From: a virus
Lineage: Duplodnaviria; Caudoviricetes
IMG/VR virus record: IMGVR_UViG_3300044676_000972
Location: 1 to 28,170 of that record
DNA: 28,170 nt
Strand: one strand, 5' to 3'
The position numbers were made by a program, and so were the translations under genes. This document shows positions 26,213 through 28,170 of the stretch, one piece after another. A model generated the notes under the pieces. It was not told the origin of the DNA and did no database searches. It saw only the letters and a list, made by a program, of their open reading frames with translations. Numbering within the stretch: the stretch's first letter is position 1; each line of letters starts with the position of its first letter.

Positions 26213-26841
26213 TAGTTTACCCCTATCAAGTTACGCACGCTGGATGCGTGCCAGTTGCCACCTAGTGCGGTGGGGATGCCAGCTTCATTGAGCTTGGCGG
26301 CGATGGTGCGTAGTGAGGCACCAGCCTCACGCAGCACCGAGACGATTGGCATTGCCTGCTTTGCGGCGACATTGGTACGCGCCACACGCTTGGCTGCTGA
26401 TGCACGGCCAGCAGCGGCAGGGTCAGGCGAGCCAAGCTTTACACCACGCGCCTTGGCGGCAGCCAGTGCGGCCTTGGTGCGTTTGCTAATTACGCGGCCT
26501 TCCCATTCAGCAAAGACAGCAGCCATCTGCAAGAAGGTGCGGTCGGCTTCTGGCATGTCAGCACAGAGGATCGGCACGTTAGCTTCAAGCAAGCCGCTGA
26601 TGAAATGCACGTTACGCGCTAGGCGATCAAGCTTGGCAATCAACAGCGTTGCGCCAGTGCGCTTGGCTTCGGCCAGTGCGGCGGCAAGCTGCGGGCGTTG
26701 GCTTTTCTTGCCGCTTTCCACTTCGGTGAACTCAGCGGCGATGTTGTAACCGGCAACGGCTGCGCGTTGTGCCTCAAGGCCAAGGCCTGACTGGCCTTGA
26801 CGCTGGGTTGATACACGGTAATAAGCGATATATGTGGTCAT
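26212..26841 (-). CDS. Serine recombinase (resolvase/invertase family)
   Basis: YYRVST catalytic Ser, ESG...RPQL, KLDRLARN, FAE.E...IS.RTKA.L..AK.RG..LG, C-terminal SLR.IA..LN..G HTH. Confidence 0.92.
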   Translation of the reverse strand: MTTYIAYYRVSTQRQGQSGLGLEAQRAAVAGYNIAAEFTEVESGKKSQRPQLAAALAEAKRTGATLLIAKLDRLARNVHFISGLLEANVPILCADMPEADRTFLQMAAVFAEWEGRVISKRTKAALAAAKARGVKLGSPDPAAAGRASAAKRVARTNVAAKQAMPIVSVLREAGASLRTIAAKLNEAGIPTALGGNWHASSVRNLIGVN

Positions 26842-27149
26842 TATGCTGCCGCCTTTTTGTTATTTGCGTTCACGATTGCTTTTAACTCAACCCAAAATGC
26901 GTTGGCTTCTGCTTCAACATCGTACATTGAGCCAAGTTCGTCAGCGACACGGTCAAGAATACCAGCAACGTAATAGTCAGATAAAAAATCTTCACCGTCT
27001 GCATCTGCGCCAACTTCTGTTCTTGTGTCATAAAGATTATCAAGATGACCTTGTGCAGCGTTAAATGCGCCAGTAGTCGCTGCGTCAACGTGACTAAACC
27101 TTGAGTGGCTGTCTGTGAGAAAAGCGTTGATTTTATTTTCTAGTGTCAT
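26841..27149 (-). CDS. Hypothetical acidic protein, first gene of the leftward operon
   Basis: GGGAG RBS; Asp/Glu-rich; TAATG coupling to the recombinase. Confidence 0.7.
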   Translation of the reverse strand: MTLENKINAFLTDSHSRFSHVDAATTGAFNAAQGHLDNLYDTRTEVGADADGEDFLSDYYVAGILDRVADELGSMYDVEAEANAFWVELKAIVNANNKKAAA

Positions 27150-27195
27150 CTCTGTCTCCCTTGGTTAATTGTCTACCGCTGATCGGTACATTATC

Positions 27196-27224
27196 TATAT
27201 ATGTCCGATATCACTTTGATGCAA
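27196..27224 (-). promoter_or_regulatory. Putative sigma70 promoter of the leftward operon
   Basis: On the - strand TTGCAT-N17-TATATA in an AT-rich divergent intergenic region. Confidence 0.5.
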
Positions 27225-27258
27225 GGTCTTTGTGCAAAATAAATTTAGGAAAGTTAAA

Positions 27259-27462
27259 ATGGCAACCACAAAACCAACCTTGCTGAGGCTCAGAACAACC
27301 ACTGTTGACAAGTTGCGGGCTGTGTTAGAAACATCAGCGCATCGCTCAATGGCTAGTCTGGCCGATGAAATCCTTGACAACGAATTGAACGTGCGGCTTG
27401 CCCGGCTCGATGGAACCAAGGCCGCCGAGACAATGCGCAGCTTGGCAAACCGCAATGGTTAA
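27259..27462 (+). CDS. Putative ribbon-helix-helix DNA-binding protein
   Basis: KPTLLRL strand followed by two helices (DKLRAVLE, RSMASLADEIL); AGGA RBS; first gene of the divergent operon. Confidence 0.6.
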   Translation: MATTKPTLLRLRTTTVDKLRAVLETSAHRSMASLADEILDNELNVRLARLDGTKAAETMRSLANRNG

Positions 27463-27889
27463 TAGCAGAAACAAGGGTGCCAGCTTTGAGCGCGAACTTG
27501 CCAAGCTGTTGTTTGATGAACTTGGCCTGACGTTCAAGCGTGACATAGAACAGTATCGCGCTGCCGATCACGGCGATCTGATCTGCGTTGATATGCCTGA
27601 CTTTCCCTTTTCAATTGAGGCAAAAAGATATCGTCAGGGTTTTGGCATCCAGCCTCAATGGTGGGATCAGTGCTGCGTCAGTGCATTAGCGACAAACAGA
27701 TTGCCTTTGTTAGTTTTTAAATATGATCGCCTGCCGATCCGCTGGCGTTTTCCGGTCGCAGCCATTGTGGGTATGGGTGACTTTGTGCCGAGCGGTGACA
27801 TAGCCGAGCAGTACGATTGGCGTTACGCGGTCGAGTGCGACACGATGACGGCAATGATGATCGTGCGGGAGCATTTGGCTGATGCTTAG
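27455..27889 (+). CDS. PD-(D/E)XK nuclease, Holliday-junction-resolvase-like (T5 D14-like)
   Basis: NSRNKGASFERELA, GDL, SIEAKRY, WW.Q, P.L.FK.DR. Confidence 0.8.
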   Translation: MVNSRNKGASFERELAKLLFDELGLTFKRDIEQYRAADHGDLICVDMPDFPFSIEAKRYRQGFGIQPQWWDQCCVSALATNRLPLLVFKYDRLPIRWRFPVAAIVGMGDFVPSGDIAEQYDWRYAVECDTMTAMMIVREHLADA

Positions 27890-28170
27890 GATGCTAGACC
27901 TATTCAGCGGCATTGGCGGCTTCAGCTACGCTGGCGAAAAGCTGGTGGGTGGCTATGAGACGGTTGCGTTTTGCGAGTATGATAAGCACGCGCAGAAGGT
28001 CTTGCGTAAGCATTGGCCGGATACAGAAATCATTGATGATGTGAGGGAGTTAGCTAATGACGCAGATAGATTTAGAGGATTGGTTGACATCGTTGTCGGG
28101 GGATACCCCTGCCAGCCCTTCTCGCTTGCCGGGGTCAGACGAGGCGATAAAGATGACCGACACCTCTGGC
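27882..28170 (+). CDS. DNA (cytosine-5) methyltransferase, truncated by the window end
   Basis: Translated by hand: MLRMLDLFSGIGGF (motif I), FCEYD (II), DDV (III), GGYPCQPFSLAG (IV), D.RHLW. Confidence 0.93.
   Translation, partial: MLRMLDLFSGIGGFSYAGEKLVGGYETVAFCEYDKHAQKVLRKHWPDTEIIDDVRELANDADRFRGLVDIVVGGYPCQPFSLAGVRRGDKDDRHLW

Noticed and set aside
26255-26749. + strand 164-aa ORF
   Set aside because: Antisense to the clearly recognisable serine recombinase.

Overview
The window is a segment of a short-tailed (podovirus-type, T7/BPP-1-like morphogenesis) dsDNA phage or prophage. It is probably from a marine/aquatic alphaproteobacterial host, but that is an inference from gene style only. 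On the + strand, 163-24908 is a tightly coupled late region. It carries small accessory ORFs, TerS, TerL, a GNAT-like protein, six small basic proteins, portal, Bbp19-like protein, scaffold, major capsid, tail adaptor and nozzle. It continues with four putative ejection proteins (one with an ADP-ribosyltransferase-like domain), tail fibre, three paralogous fibre-associated modules, two chaperone-like ORFs and a lysis cassette containing a PD-(D/E)XK nuclease. A convergent - strand operon (24929-27149) encodes an acidic protein, a serine recombinase, a small membrane peptide, a YqaJ nuclease and a LexA-type DNA-binding domain. A divergent + operon then starts (RHH-like regulator, resolvase-like nuclease, truncated C5 DNA methyltransferase). 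The most notable observations are: (1) a terminator/promoter overlap followed by a symmetric structured capsid-mRNA leader; (2) the ART-like ejection protein; (3) two independent gene triplets whose conserved 3' ends resemble the next gene's ribosome-binding site; (4) several small ORFs missed by the ORF track. All assignments come from motif recognition by eye; no searches were run.
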